Position numbers and translations under genes: made by a program. Positions 26,104 to 36,017 of a DNA stretch of 64,000 nucleotides are shown piece after piece. Location of the stretch: NCBI GenBank assembly GCA_044229975.1, contig JBGARZ010000001.1, positions 544,001 to 608,000 on the forward strand, given 5' to 3'. The first letter of the stretch is position 1. Every line of letters starts with the position of its first letter. Source of the stretch: Polyangiales bacterium (lineage in GTDB: Bacteria > Myxococcota_A > Polyangia > Polyangiales > Ga0077539). Below the pieces are notes generated by a model. The model was not told the DNA's origin. It worked only from the letters and a program-made list of their open reading frames with translations, and did not search any database.

Positions 26104-28227
26104 GTGGCTGGACGTGACGACGCGCGCGGCGAGGCGGTGGAAGCCTTCCTCTCGAAGACCCTCCTGCTGCGGGAGTGTGAGGCCGCGGTCATCGCCAAGG
26201 TCGCGCCGCACCTCGTGGTGAGCGAGCACCCGGCGGGCACCACGCTCGTGCGCGCAGGATCACCCTCCGACGGCATCTCGCTGCTGCGACGCGGGCGCGC
26301 GACGGCCTCGCTCGTCCACGCCATGACCGGCGCCAGCACCCCGTTGGAGACGCTCAACCCGGGCGATCACTTCGGCGACGTGGGCGCCCTCACCCGCGCG
26401 GCCCACGCCTACACCGTCGTCGCCGACGAGGGCTGCGTGGTCATGCGGATGAAGCCCGAGCTCGTCGAGGCGCTGCTCACGCGCGTTCCGCAGTTCTCCC
26501 TCGCGCTCGCGCGGCGGCTCGCCACCCGAACGGTGCAGCTCGGCGCCATCACCCTGCGTGCTTCGTCGGCCGCGACGCCCTCCGCGGTGCGCGCCCCGAC
26601 GCCCGCCCTCGGCGTCGATGCTCCGCGGCGCCCCGCCCCGGTGTCCGCCGTCGGGGCGAGCGCCGACGTCGGGTCGGGGGTGATTCCCTTCGTGGAGGTC
26701 AGCGACTTCGACCCGTCGCCCAAGGTCGTGGGGATGCTGCCCGCGAAGCTCATCCTCCAACACCGCGCCATGCCGCTGCGGCTCCAGGGCAACAAGCTCC
26801 TCGTGGGCATGGTGCTGCCCCGCAACGCCGCTGCGCTGGCCGACCTCCGGCGCGTGCTGCACACCGTCGACTTCGAGGTGGCGGCCGTCTCGCTCGAAGA
26901 CTTCGCCCACGCGGTGCTGCGCTACAAGGTCGACACCCCGCGCGGCCCCGAGAGCGCCCGCGACGCGCTGGTGGTGGTGTCGCCCGACTCGCTCTCCTTC
27001 GACGCGTCCGACAGCGAGCGCGAGCCCGACAAGGTCGCGCGCGTGGTGGGCGACGAGGTGGTGCGCGCCGTCAACCGCATCATCGCCGCGGGCCTCACCC
27101 GCGAGGCGTCGGACATCCACATCGAGCCCGAGGCGTCGGGCGTGAAGGTGCGCTTCCGCGTGCACGGGATGCTGCACGAGTGGTCGGAGGTCCCGCCGCC
27201 GTCGTTTGCGCGGGGCATCGCGGCGCGGCTCAAGGTGCTGTCCGGGCTCGACATCACCAACACGCGCACACCCCAGGACGGGCGCATCGGCCTCGCGTCC
27301 GGGGCGCGCGAGCTCGACCTGCGCATCTCGACCCTGCCCAGCAGCCGCGGCGAGAAGGTGGTGCTGCGGGTGTTCGAGGGCGCCGGGATGATGCGCCCGC
27401 TGGAGCAGATCTTCACCGACCCGGGCGCGCTCAACGCCGTGCGCAAGGCGCTGCAACGGCCGCACGGGGCCATCATCGTCGCGGGGGCCACCGGGTCGGG
27501 CAAGAGCTCGTCGCTCTACTCGATGCTCAACGAGCGACGCCGCACGCGCCCCGACACCAACGTGATGCTCATCGAAGACCCCATCGAGTACCGGCTCCAG
27601 GGGGTCACGCAGGTGCAGATCAACGCCAACGCGGGCCTCGGCTTCGCGCAGGTGCTGCGCGCGGCGCTGCGGCAGGACCCCGACGTCATCGCGGTGGGCG
27701 AGACGCGCGACGCGGACACGGCGCACATGGCGCTGGAGGCCGCGATGACGGGCCACCTGGTGCTGACGTCCACGCACGCCAACGACGTGACGTCGGTGCT
27801 GCAGCGCCTGGAGAGCCTCGGCTGCGGTCGAACGCTCGTCGCCGAGGCGCTCTCCTTCGTGCTGGTGCAGCGGCTCGCGCGGCGGCTGTGCAGCAACTGC
27901 GTGCGGCTCGATCAGGTGCCGCCCGCGCTGATGGAAAACCTCGTGGCGCGGCGGCTGGTCGACCGGGGGAGCCAGGTTCCGTTGCCGCGTCCGGTGGGGT
28001 GCGACCTGTGCCAGCAGACGGGCTATCAGGGGCGCATGCCGGTGGTGGAGTGGTGGCAGGTCAACGCCGACGCGAGGGACGCGCTCATCGCGGGCGCGGC
28101 GCCCACCGAGGTGTTGAAGGCGGCGGCCGAGGCGAAGGTGTTTCAGTCCTTCGGGAGCACGGCGGCGTACCTGATGGCGCGCAAGCTCCTGGGTACGAGC
28201 GAGGCGCTCATGGCGGTCGCAGGCTGA
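26104..28227 (+). CDS. cyclic-nucleotide-binding-fold domain fused to a PilB/GspE-family ATPase
   Basis: cNMP fold (PAGTTLVRAG..G..LNPGDHFGD); T2SSE N-domain (AMPLRLQGNKLLVGM); ASDIHIEP, PQDGR, GATGSGKS, IEDPIEY, RQDPDVIAVGETRD, TGHLVLTSTHAN, CxxC...CxxC. Confidence 0.9.
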   Translation: MAGRDDARGEAVEAFLSKTLLLRECEAAVIAKVAPHLVVSEHPAGTTLVRAGSPSDGISLLRRGRATASLVHAMTGASTPLETLNPGDHFGDVGALTRAAHAYTVVADEGCVVMRMKPELVEALLTRVPQFSLALARRLATRTVQLGAITLRASSAATPSAVRAPTPALGVDAPRRPAPVSAVGASADVGSGVIPFVEVSDFDPSPKVVGMLPAKLILQHRAMPLRLQGNKLLVGMVLPRNAAALADLRRVLHTVDFEVAAVSLEDFAHAVLRYKVDTPRGPESARDALVVVSPDSLSFDASDSEREPDKVARVVGDEVVRAVNRIIAAGLTREASDIHIEPEASGVKVRFRVHGMLHEWSEVPPPSFARGIAARLKVLSGLDITNTRTPQDGRIGLASGARELDLRISTLPSSRGEKVVLRVFEGAGMMRPLEQIFTDPGALNAVRKALQRPHGAIIVAGATGSGKSSSLYSMLNERRRTRPDTNVMLIEDPIEYRLQGVTQVQINANAGLGFAQVLRAALRQDPDVIAVGETRDADTAHMALEAAMTGHLVLTSTHANDVTSVLQRLESLGCGRTLVAEALSFVLVQRLARRLCSNCVRLDQVPPALMENLVARRLVDRGSQVPLPRPVGCDLCQQTGYQGRMPVVEWWQVNADARDALIAGAAPTEVLKAAAEAKVFQSFGSTAAYLMARKLLGTSEALMAVAG

Positions 28228-28234
28228 GGGGCCA

Positions 28235-31150
28235 ATGGACAATCCGATCGTCGTAGCGGTGCTGCTCGCGGTGGTGGTGGGCCTCGTCGTGGTGCTGCAA
28301 CGGCAGCGCGCGGCGAAGGCGAAGTCGGCGCGGGGCGAGGTCGACGGGATGGCCGCGCTGCTCGACAAGGGGCAGTACGCCGAGGCGGCGCAGCTCGCGA
28401 TCCGCAACGACCGCTTCGCCGAGGCGGTCGACCTGTACCTCCGCGCCAACGACCCGGCCCGCGCGGCGCAGGTCGCGTCGCGCATGGGCAACCTGCGGCA
28501 GGCGGGCGAGCTCTACGAGCGGGCGGGCGACAGCGAGCGCGCGGCGCTGAGCTACGACAAGGCGGGCATGGCCGACCGGGCCAGGGCGCTGCGCGGCGCC
28601 ACCGCGGCGACGACGACGACCGAGGGCGACGCGAAGGCGCGGGCGCGCGACGCAGAGGGCCGCTACCACGCGCTGCGGGCGAAGGCGGCGGGCGACCCGA
28701 CGCGGACCTTCGAGGTGCAGCAGGCGGCGCAGGGCGCGGCCGAAGAGCTGTTGGCCGTCGGTGAAGTGACGCGCGCGGCGGAGCTGTACCGCGAGGCCGA
28801 CATGATCGACGAGGCGGTGCACCTCTACGTCAACGTGCTCGGAACGCCCGGCGCAGCGGCTCCGCTGGTGGCGGCGCGCGGGTTTCATGAGCGCGCGGCC
28901 GAGCTCTACGAGCTGGCCGGGCAGGGCGAGCGGGCGGCGGTCATCTGGGCCGACGCCGCGCGCAAGAGCCCCGACTCGGACAAGCTGCTCGATCGGGTCG
29001 AGGCGCTCTCGCTCGCGGTGGCCAACACGCTGCTGCGGGAGCTCATCGCGACGCGGCCGCTCAGCAAGACGACGGCGCCGCTGCACTACCGCTACGGCAC
29101 CGTGCTGGAGAAGGCCGGCGAGGTGGACCGGGCCATCGAGGTGTTCATGGCGCTCCAGGGGAGCGTGGCCGGGTACCGCGACGTGGAGAAGCGGGTGCGT
29201 CGGCTGGCGCGCGGCGAGGGTGTCTCCATGAAGGCGCCGGGGGTGCCGAGAGACCTGGTGTCGACCGGCAAGCACAACTTCGCGGTGCCCCAGAACACGG
29301 AGGGAGGCATCGGGCGCGAGGACGCGTCGCGGATGGTGCGCGAGGCGACGAAGGCCGCCGCCGCGAGGGCGAGGCGAGCGAGCAGCCTGCCGCCGCCCGC
29401 GGAGCCCAGGAGCCCGCCGCAGCAGGTGGTGCACATCACGCAGGTGGTGATCCAGGGGAGGCCCGGGCACCCCGATCGACCGCTCGCGCGGGGTCTGGAG
29501 GACAGCCCCATCGGGCTCGGCGCGCTCTACGACGACGCGGTGCGCGCGGCGAAGGAGGGGCCGTCCATCGAGTCGCTCCAGGGAATGGTCGGCGACCGGC
29601 CGTGCGACCTCGGCAACATCGAGGTGTTCTATCGACTGGGTCTGGCGGCGCTGGCGTCGGGCGACTGGTCGCGGGCGCAGTCGTGCTTCGCCGCGGTGGA
29701 GGAGGCGTCGCCGGGGTACCGCGACGCGGGCGCGCGGGTGTTGGAGCTCGCGGGCTGGCAGTCGATGCTGGCGCGCAAGATGTCGGTGGTGGGCGCGCGG
29801 AAGAACGAGGCGCTCGACGCGGCGACGAGCCGCTACGAGGTGAAGGGCGAGCTCGGTCGCGGCGGCATGGCGGTGGTGTACCGCGCGACGGACACGGTGC
29901 TCGGGCGCGAGGTGGCGCTGAAGTTCTTGTCGGAGGAGCTGAGCGCGCAGGGCGAGATGCGCGAGATGTTTCAGCGCGAGGCGCGCTCGGTGGCGCAGCT
30001 CAACCACCCCAACATCGTGACCATCCACGACAGCGGCGTGATCGAGGGGCGGATGTTCATGGCGATGGAGCTCGTCGAGGGGCGCACCGTCGACGCGGTC
30101 ATCGAGGCGGAGGGGAAGATCGCCGTCCTGGAGGCGCTGCGCGTCACGAAGCAGGTGCTGGAGGCGCTGGAGTTCGCGCACGAGCGGCAGTTCATCCACC
30201 GCGACATCAAGCCGTCCAACATGATGCGGAGCTCGGCGGGGACGGTGAAGCTCATGGACTTCGGGCTCGCGAAGTCCGTCACCCAGGGCAACAAGAGCTC
30301 GATGATCGCGGGGACGCCCGCGTACATGCCGCCCGAGCAGTTCATCGGCGTGGGCGTCGACCTGCGCAGCGACCTCTTCGCGGTGGGCGCGACGCTCTAC
30401 GAGATGCTCACCGGCGTCCTCCCCTTCGAGGGCATGGACCGCAAGAAGCGCCCGCGGCCGCCGCGCGAGATCACGCCGGGCGTGCCCGAGATGATCGACA
30501 AGATGATCTTGCAGGCGCTCGACTTCGACCCCGACAAGCGCTTCCAGAGCGCGGCGGAGTTCCTGGTTCCCATCAAGCGGGTGATCTTCGCGGTGGACAA
30601 GGCCACGCGCGGCAGCCCGATGCCCGAGCCCAGCTCTCCGCCGGAGACCCTCTCGGCAGCCCTCGCGGCGGTGCTCTCGGAGACCTCCGTGCGCCCGCTG
30701 GCGGAGACGCGCGTCGACGTCCCGAAGAAGTCAGCGCCCTCCACCGAAGAGACCGTCGCGGTCATTGAGACGAAGGCCGACCCGATCGCGGACCCGATCG
30801 CCGACGCGGCCGCCGTCGCCTCCGCGGAGACCCTGCTGGGCATCCCCGTCGAAGCACCTGCGCCGCCTGTCGACACCGTCGTCGAAGCGCCGACCGAGTC
30901 TGCGGCGCCCGTCGTCGAGGCGCCGACCGAGACCATCGTCGAAGCGGCGCCTCCCGTGCAGTCGCTCGTCAGCACTCCGGCGGCGGCCGATGGTTTCATC
31001 GAGTTCGGCGCGCCCCTCACGCCTCCGCCCGCGGCCGCTCCCGACGCACCCGCCGCGCTGAAGGAGACCGTCGCGTACGACCCCTTCGAGGGCATCGACG
31101 AGGCCGACCGGATGCCGCCGACGGTTCCGCCGAAGACGCCGGAGGCGTGA
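28235..31150 (+). CDS. membrane-anchored Ser/Thr kinase with TPR-like helical repeats
   Basis: N-terminal TM; repeated AAELY/AGELY helices; LGRGGMAVVY, VALK, HRDIKPSN, DFG, YMPPE; acidic Pro-rich tail; starts 7 bp after the ATPase gene. Confidence 0.92.
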   Translation: MDNPIVVAVLLAVVVGLVVVLQRQRAAKAKSARGEVDGMAALLDKGQYAEAAQLAIRNDRFAEAVDLYLRANDPARAAQVASRMGNLRQAGELYERAGDSERAALSYDKAGMADRARALRGATAATTTTEGDAKARARDAEGRYHALRAKAAGDPTRTFEVQQAAQGAAEELLAVGEVTRAAELYREADMIDEAVHLYVNVLGTPGAAAPLVAARGFHERAAELYELAGQGERAAVIWADAARKSPDSDKLLDRVEALSLAVANTLLRELIATRPLSKTTAPLHYRYGTVLEKAGEVDRAIEVFMALQGSVAGYRDVEKRVRRLARGEGVSMKAPGVPRDLVSTGKHNFAVPQNTEGGIGREDASRMVREATKAAAARARRASSLPPPAEPRSPPQQVVHITQVVIQGRPGHPDRPLARGLEDSPIGLGALYDDAVRAAKEGPSIESLQGMVGDRPCDLGNIEVFYRLGLAALASGDWSRAQSCFAAVEEASPGYRDAGARVLELAGWQSMLARKMSVVGARKNEALDAATSRYEVKGELGRGGMAVVYRATDTVLGREVALKFLSEELSAQGEMREMFQREARSVAQLNHPNIVTIHDSGVIEGRMFMAMELVEGRTVDAVIEAEGKIAVLEALRVTKQVLEALEFAHERQFIHRDIKPSNMMRSSAGTVKLMDFGLAKSVTQGNKSSMIAGTPAYMPPEQFIGVGVDLRSDLFAVGATLYEMLTGVLPFEGMDRKKRPRPPREITPGVPEMIDKMILQALDFDPDKRFQSAAEFLVPIKRVIFAVDKATRGSPMPEPSSPPETLSAALAAVLSETSVRPLAETRVDVPKKSAPSTEETVAVIETKADPIADPIADAAAVASAETLLGIPVEAPAPPVDTVVEAPTESAAPVVEAPTETIVEAAPPVQSLVSTPAAADGFIEFGAPLTPPPAAAPDAPAALKETVAYDPFEGIDEADRMPPTVPPKTPEA

Positions 31151-31178
31151 GCGGCGCTTCGGTGCTAGCGAGACGGCC

Positions 31179-33011
31179 GTGTCAGGTCAGCCCGAGAGCG
31201 TAGGTCCGCGCGAGGTGGTCTTCGGCTGGCGCGACCGGATGCGGGCCGCGCCCGAGGTCGGGCTCAACGCGTGGCGAGCGCTGGGCCTCGTCGCGCAGGC
31301 CGATCGGGGATTGCTCGCGCGGCTCGTCGCGGGGCAGCTCCTCGATGCGGCGCTCACCGTGGCCATCACCGCGGTGGGCCCGAAGATCATCGACGCCATC
31401 GTCGGTCACGCCTCGCGGGCGGCGCTCACCTGGGTCGCGCTCGAGCTCCTCCTCGTGCTCGCCCGCACCGGCACCACCCAATGGAACACCTACACCGGCG
31501 TGATGCTCCGCTCTCGCCTGGGGCTCCACGTCAACCTGCTGATCCTGCGTAAATCCGCCAACGTCTCGTATCCGCACTTCGAAGACCCGACCTTCATCAA
31601 CCAGCTCACGCAGGCCCGCCGCGAGGCGACTGCGCGCCCCGTCGACCTCGTCAACCAGACCCTCGCGGTGCTGCGCAACACCGTCACCCTCACGGGCTAC
31701 GCCGCGCTCCTGTGGTCGCTCGGGCCGTGGGCCTTCGTGGTGCTCGTGCTCACCGGTCTGCCGCCGTTCTTGTCGGAGACGCGCCACGGCCGCGAGCTCT
31801 TCGCGCTCCAACGCGCGCGCACGCAGCGCAACCGCCAGGGCAACTACCTGGAGACGACCCTCACCACCGAGAGCACGGTGAAGGAGGTGAAGCTCCTCGG
31901 GCTCTCGCAGTGGATCATCGAGCGCTACCGGGTCCTCCACGAGGGCTTCCACGCCGAGGAGAAGGCGCTCCACGGACGACGCGCGCGCTGGTCCGTTGGG
32001 CTGTCGTTGCTGTCGTCGGGGGCGTTCTATCTCGCGTACGTGGCCATCGTGCGCGACGCCCTCTCCGGGGCCATCACCCTCGGCGCGATGACCCTCTACC
32101 TCATGGTGTTTCGCCAGGGTCAGACCGCCATGCAGGGCGCGCTCACCGGGGTCGCGCGCATCTACGAAGACAACCTCTTCATGGCCAACCTCTTCGACTT
32201 CCTCGGTCTGCCCGACGACGAGCCCGACGCCCCGCCCGCCACCGACGTCGACACCGCGCGCCCCCCTGAGGTGCGCTTCGACCACGTCTCCTTCCGCTAC
32301 CCCGGCGCCACGCGCGACGCGCTCACGGACGTCTCGCTCACCCTGCGGCCCGGCGAGACCGTCGCCCTCGTCGGCCGCAACGGCGCCGGCAAGAGCACGC
32401 TGGTGAAGCTGCTCACGGGGCTGCACAGCCCGACGTCGGGGCGCATCCTGCTGGACGGCGTCGACCTCGCCACGGTTCCTGCGGCGACGTACCGCGCGCG
32501 GCTCGCGGTGGTGCTCCAGGACTTCGCGCGCTTTCAGTTCAGCGTGGCCGACAACGTGGGCGTCGGGTGGCTGCCCGCGCTCGACGATCGTTCGTCCATC
32601 GAACGATCGGTGCGCGACGCGGGCGCAGAGGCGTTGGTGTCGAAGCTCCCGCAGGGCGTGGACACGCCGCTCGGTCGGGCCTTCGGCGGCGACGACCTCT
32701 CGGTGGGGCAGTGGCAGCGGGTGGCGCTGGCGCGGGCGTTCATGCGGCGCAGCGGGTTGTTGCTGCTCGACGAGCCCACGGCGGCGCTCGACGCGGAGGC
32801 CGAGGCGGAGGTCTTCGAGCGGCTCCAGGCGCTCAAGGCGACGCGCACGGCGGTGCTCATCACGCATCGCTTCTCGACGGTTCGCATGGCCGACCGCATC
32901 GTCGTGGTGGACGGCGGGCGCGTCACCGAGGAGGGCCCCCACGCCGACCTCATCGCCCGCGGCGGAACCTACGCTTCCCTCTTCAACCTCCAGGCAGAAG
33001 GCTACCGATGA
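31179..33011 (+). CDS. ABC exporter (fused permease + ATPase)
   Basis: TM domain, GRNGAGKS, signature LSVGQWQR, LLLLDEPT, ITHR. Confidence 0.93.
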   Translation: MSGQPESVGPREVVFGWRDRMRAAPEVGLNAWRALGLVAQADRGLLARLVAGQLLDAALTVAITAVGPKIIDAIVGHASRAALTWVALELLLVLARTGTTQWNTYTGVMLRSRLGLHVNLLILRKSANVSYPHFEDPTFINQLTQARREATARPVDLVNQTLAVLRNTVTLTGYAALLWSLGPWAFVVLVLTGLPPFLSETRHGRELFALQRARTQRNRQGNYLETTLTTESTVKEVKLLGLSQWIIERYRVLHEGFHAEEKALHGRRARWSVGLSLLSSGAFYLAYVAIVRDALSGAITLGAMTLYLMVFRQGQTAMQGALTGVARIYEDNLFMANLFDFLGLPDDEPDAPPATDVDTARPPEVRFDHVSFRYPGATRDALTDVSLTLRPGETVALVGRNGAGKSTLVKLLTGLHSPTSGRILLDGVDLATVPAATYRARLAVVLQDFARFQFSVADNVGVGWLPALDDRSSIERSVRDAGAEALVSKLPQGVDTPLGRAFGGDDLSVGQWQRVALARAFMRRSGLLLLDEPTAALDAEAEAEVFERLQALKATRTAVLITHRFSTVRMADRIVVVDGGRVTEEGPHADLIARGGTYASLFNLQAEGYR

Positions 33012-33415
33012 TCGACCCAAAGGTGGTGACCCCCTACGAGCAGCTCGGCGGCGAGGAGAAGGTGCGCGACATCGCGCGGCGCTTCTACGACGCCATGGAG
33101 ACCCACGAGCCCGCGCTCGCGGCGGTGCACCGGCTGACCGCGGAGGGGAAGGTCCACCCCGACGCGCGCGAGAACTTCGCCCTCTTCTTCATCGGCTGGC
33201 TCGGCGGCCCGCAGACCTACGTCGAGCGGCACGGCCACCCGCGGCTGCGCATGCGCCACGCGAAGGTCGCCGTGACGACCGCGATGCGCGACGCGTGGAT
33301 GCGCGCAATGGGCCGGGCGCTCGACGAGTGCGAGGTGCGCGGAGAGATTCGCGGGTTTCTGGAGCAGCGGCTGGGTGAGGTCGCGGACTTCATGCGCAAC
33401 ACGCCCGACGGCTGA
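33008..33415 (+). CDS. group II truncated hemoglobin
   Basis: YEQLGGEEKV..RFYD, GWLGGPQTY, HGHPRLRMRH, RDAW; ATGA overlap with the ABC exporter. Confidence 0.92.
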   Translation: MIDPKVVTPYEQLGGEEKVRDIARRFYDAMETHEPALAAVHRLTAEGKVHPDARENFALFFIGWLGGPQTYVERHGHPRLRMRHAKVAVTTAMRDAWMRAMGRALDECEVRGEIRGFLEQRLGEVADFMRNTPDG

Positions 33416-33471
33416 AGGAGTGGCTCGCCGTCGGGGCGCGGCGGCGTGGCGTCGATGACCCGAGGGGTGTT

Positions 33472-33972
33472 CTAGAGCTTGCCAAGGCCGCGCAGGAGCG
33501 AGTACCCGCCGAGCACGAGCGCGATGACGCTGACGACGATCGCGCGCGTGGGGCGCGGCGTGGTCCGCATGGCCAGCGCGAGGGCCAAGGCGCCCACCAG
33601 CATCGCGACGGGGCCGCCGAACAGCGCGACGGGGTCGGAGTGCGTGCGCACCGCGGCGGGGTCGACGGTGATCGCGACCTCGCCCGTGTTGGCCTCGGTG
33701 ACCGCTGTCGTACGGATGAAGAACAGCCGCATCGACTCCTCGCGCCGGATTCCGTGCGGAGCGGTCCAGATGGTGAGCGACTGACCGAACGCGAGGGGCA
33801 GGAGCGCGACGATGAGCGCCACCACCGAGGGCGGCGAGAGCTTCTTCGATCCGGCAGCGGCGAACGCACTCGCACACCTTGCGCAGGCCGGACCTTCGCT
33901 CGAATAGCCCGATGTGCCCGCCGGTGCCGCGTCGCCGCACACCGAACATTGGATCGTCTCCACAACACTCAT
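33472..33972 (-). CDS. hypothetical membrane protein with N-terminal zinc-ribbon-like CxxC...CxxC
   Basis: CSVC and CARC followed by about three hydrophobic segments; GGAGGT RBS upstream. Confidence 0.7.
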   Translation of the reverse strand: MSVVETIQCSVCGDAAPAGTSGYSSEGPACARCASAFAAAGSKKLSPPSVVALIVALLPLAFGQSLTIWTAPHGIRREESMRLFFIRTTAVTEANTGEVAITVDPAAVRTHSDPVALFGGPVAMLVGALALALAMRTTPRPTRAIVVSVIALVLGGYSLLRGLGKL

Positions 33973-34159
33973 TGATCACCTCCGACCCGTGGATACGCAG
34001 CGGCGGGGCGTCCACGAACAGAACCCTTCTGAATCGATCTGAGCTGGCCACGGCGTGGGCTTCGTGCCCGACGTCGACACGGCGGGCGACTCAGGGCGTC
34101 GCGTTGCAGCGGGGGGAGCAACCCAGGCCGCCTGGGTGGGCTTGGTCGCCGACGCCGGC

Positions 34160-34690
34160 CTACTGGCCGAAGACGTACGTCGCGACGCCGAGTGATACCG
34201 AGGCCCACCAGTCGTTGGGCTCGGACGCCAGGCGGACGTCGTAGCCAACCTGACCGTGCAGCACCAGGCCGACGCCGCCGCCAGCGCCGTGCTGCCCGAC
34301 GCCCGCGCTCTGCGAACGCACGATCACGTAGGTGCCGAGGTCAAGGTAGGGGCTCGCCAGGCCAAACACGAAGGCGCCCTGGTTCGACTCCAACGAGAAG
34401 ACGCGGAGACCGAGGCCCAGAAACGGCGCGACCGGGGTCGACGGCACCGCGCCGCGCACGGACAACGACGGCGCGACCTGCACGAGCCCCGCGCCGAAGC
34501 GCCCGTGAAGGTTCATGCTCCCGCCGACGGGGAGCGCGCCGAAGCGCCCGCCGTACTCGACGTCCAGCACGCCCTGTGGGCCCTGCTGGCGGCCCGACAG
34601 CGAGGTCGCCACGCCCCCGCTCGCGTGGAGCCACGCCGCGCAGCCCGGAAGCGCCATGAACCAGACCCCCAGCCACAGCCCACGTCGCAT
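34160..34690 (-). CDS. putative lipoprotein / small outer-membrane beta-barrel
   Basis: Lipobox-like ALPGC; alternating aromatic/Gly beta-strand pattern; GGAG before ATG 34690. Confidence 0.6.
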   Translation of the reverse strand: MRRGLWLGVWFMALPGCAAWLHASGGVATSLSGRQQGPQGVLDVEYGGRFGALPVGGSMNLHGRFGAGLVQVAPSLSVRGAVPSTPVAPFLGLGLRVFSLESNQGAFVFGLASPYLDLGTYVIVRSQSAGVGQHGAGGGVGLVLHGQVGYDVRLASEPNDWWASVSLGVATYVFGQ

Positions 34691-34783
34691 GACTCCAGCC
34701 CTCCAGGTGAAAGCGGCGCGCGTTTCAACGACGGCGTTCCAGGCGCGCGGCTGGTGGTGCCGTCGGCGGTCCGGTGAAGGCAC

Positions 34784-36013
34784 TCAGTGATCCGCGTAGA
34801 CGCAGCGAACGCCCAGGTCGACCTGCCTGGTCAAGATCGAGTTGATGTACCAGCGCGACGCGGCGTGGAGCTGCGCGCCCTGCGAGTGGAGACCCGGGCC
34901 GCGAAACACCGACGAGCGGTACGTGTCCGTCGCCTTCATCCGCTGACACAACGGATCGCGCTGCGAGAGCGACGCCCAGCACCAGGTGTCCGGGTCGGCG
35001 CCGGGCGGCTGATAGTGTTGAAAACTATCCAACGTGAACTCCAGCACGTTGCCACCGAGGCCGGAGATCCCGCCCACCTCGTCGGCCTCCTCGACGGGCA
35101 GCGTGTACGGCCCGACCCCATCCCGCGTCCAGCATCCCAGCACCCACGCCGTCGCGCACGACACGCCCGTCCGCCGCGCGCCCCATGCGTAGGGGCGCGG
35201 CGAGGGCAGGCCCGCGACCGCGCGGATGCGGGTGAGGTACTCCCACTCGGCCTCGGTCGGGAGGCGCCCGCCCTCGTACGCGCAGAAGCGCACCGCGCTC
35301 ACCCAGTCGATGTAGTGGATCGGGTGGGCATCACGGGCGCCCTCACGGGCCGTGAAGTTCGAAGCCTCGGCCGCGACGAGCTCGCCCGCGGTGATGGAGC
35401 CCGGGAGGTCGCCGATGCGCTCGGCGCGAACACAGTCCGGCATGTAGACCTCCGGCGGCGGACGCCAGCCCCGCTCCCACGCGCGGAGGAAGCGGCGAAA
35501 GCGCCCGACGGAGGCTTCGTAGCGGTCGACCCGCATGGGGCTGACCACGATGTCGGGCTGCACCGGTCGCGATCCGATGTTGGTGACGCCGGGCGAGAAC
35601 TCGGGGTTCGCCTCGCCGAGCGTGAAGGTCGCGCCCGGCACCGAGACGACGCCGCAACCGGCCGGGCTCGTCCCGCCCTCGTGACAGGTCGTCTGCACCG
35701 GCACTTCGTCCCCGCCGCGGTTGCGCGAGACCACCGTGCATCGCTGGTAAGCGCGCGGGCCGAGGCCGAGGTCGTCGACGGCCGTCGCGTCGACGGTCGT
35801 GCCGTCGGGGGTCGCGTCGCTCGTCGCCACGTCACTGGAGACCTGCGCGCTCGCCGCGTCGGTCGCGCGGGCAGCGTCGACCTCGATGAAGACCCGGCTG
35901 GCATAACATCCACCCGACGCGGCGAAGGGCATCGACGCGAGCACCCGCAGGAGCCCCGCGCTCACCCGGCGGCGCCTCCCCCGCGCACCATCGTCCATGG
36001 CGAGCGGGCGCAT
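34784..36013 (-). CDS. secreted FGE-sulfatase (SUMF1/PvdO-like) domain protein
   Basis: VPGATFTLG, VDRYEASVGRF, HPI..IDW..A..FC..EGGRLPTEAEWEY, GLGGNVLEF, GVRC; start uncertain. Confidence 0.85.
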   Translation of the reverse strand: MRPLAMDDGARGRRRRVSAGLLRVLASMPFAASGGCYASRVFIEVDAARATDAASAQVSSDVATSDATPDGTTVDATAVDDLGLGPRAYQRCTVVSRNRGGDEVPVQTTCHEGGTSPAGCGVVSVPGATFTLGEANPEFSPGVTNIGSRPVQPDIVVSPMRVDRYEASVGRFRRFLRAWERGWRPPPEVYMPDCVRAERIGDLPGSITAGELVAAEASNFTAREGARDAHPIHYIDWVSAVRFCAYEGGRLPTEAEWEYLTRIRAVAGLPSPRPYAWGARRTGVSCATAWVLGCWTRDGVGPYTLPVEEADEVGGISGLGGNVLEFTLDSFQHYQPPGADPDTWCWASLSQRDPLCQRMKATDTYRSSVFRGPGLHSQGAQLHAASRWYINSILTRQVDLGVRCVYADH

Positions 36014-36017
36014 CGGA

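Noticed and set aside
34784..36013. A true formylglycine-generating enzyme
   Set aside because: The canonical FGE catalytic RGGS..C....C motif is not evident and no sulfatase is adjacent; called only as an FGE-fold domain
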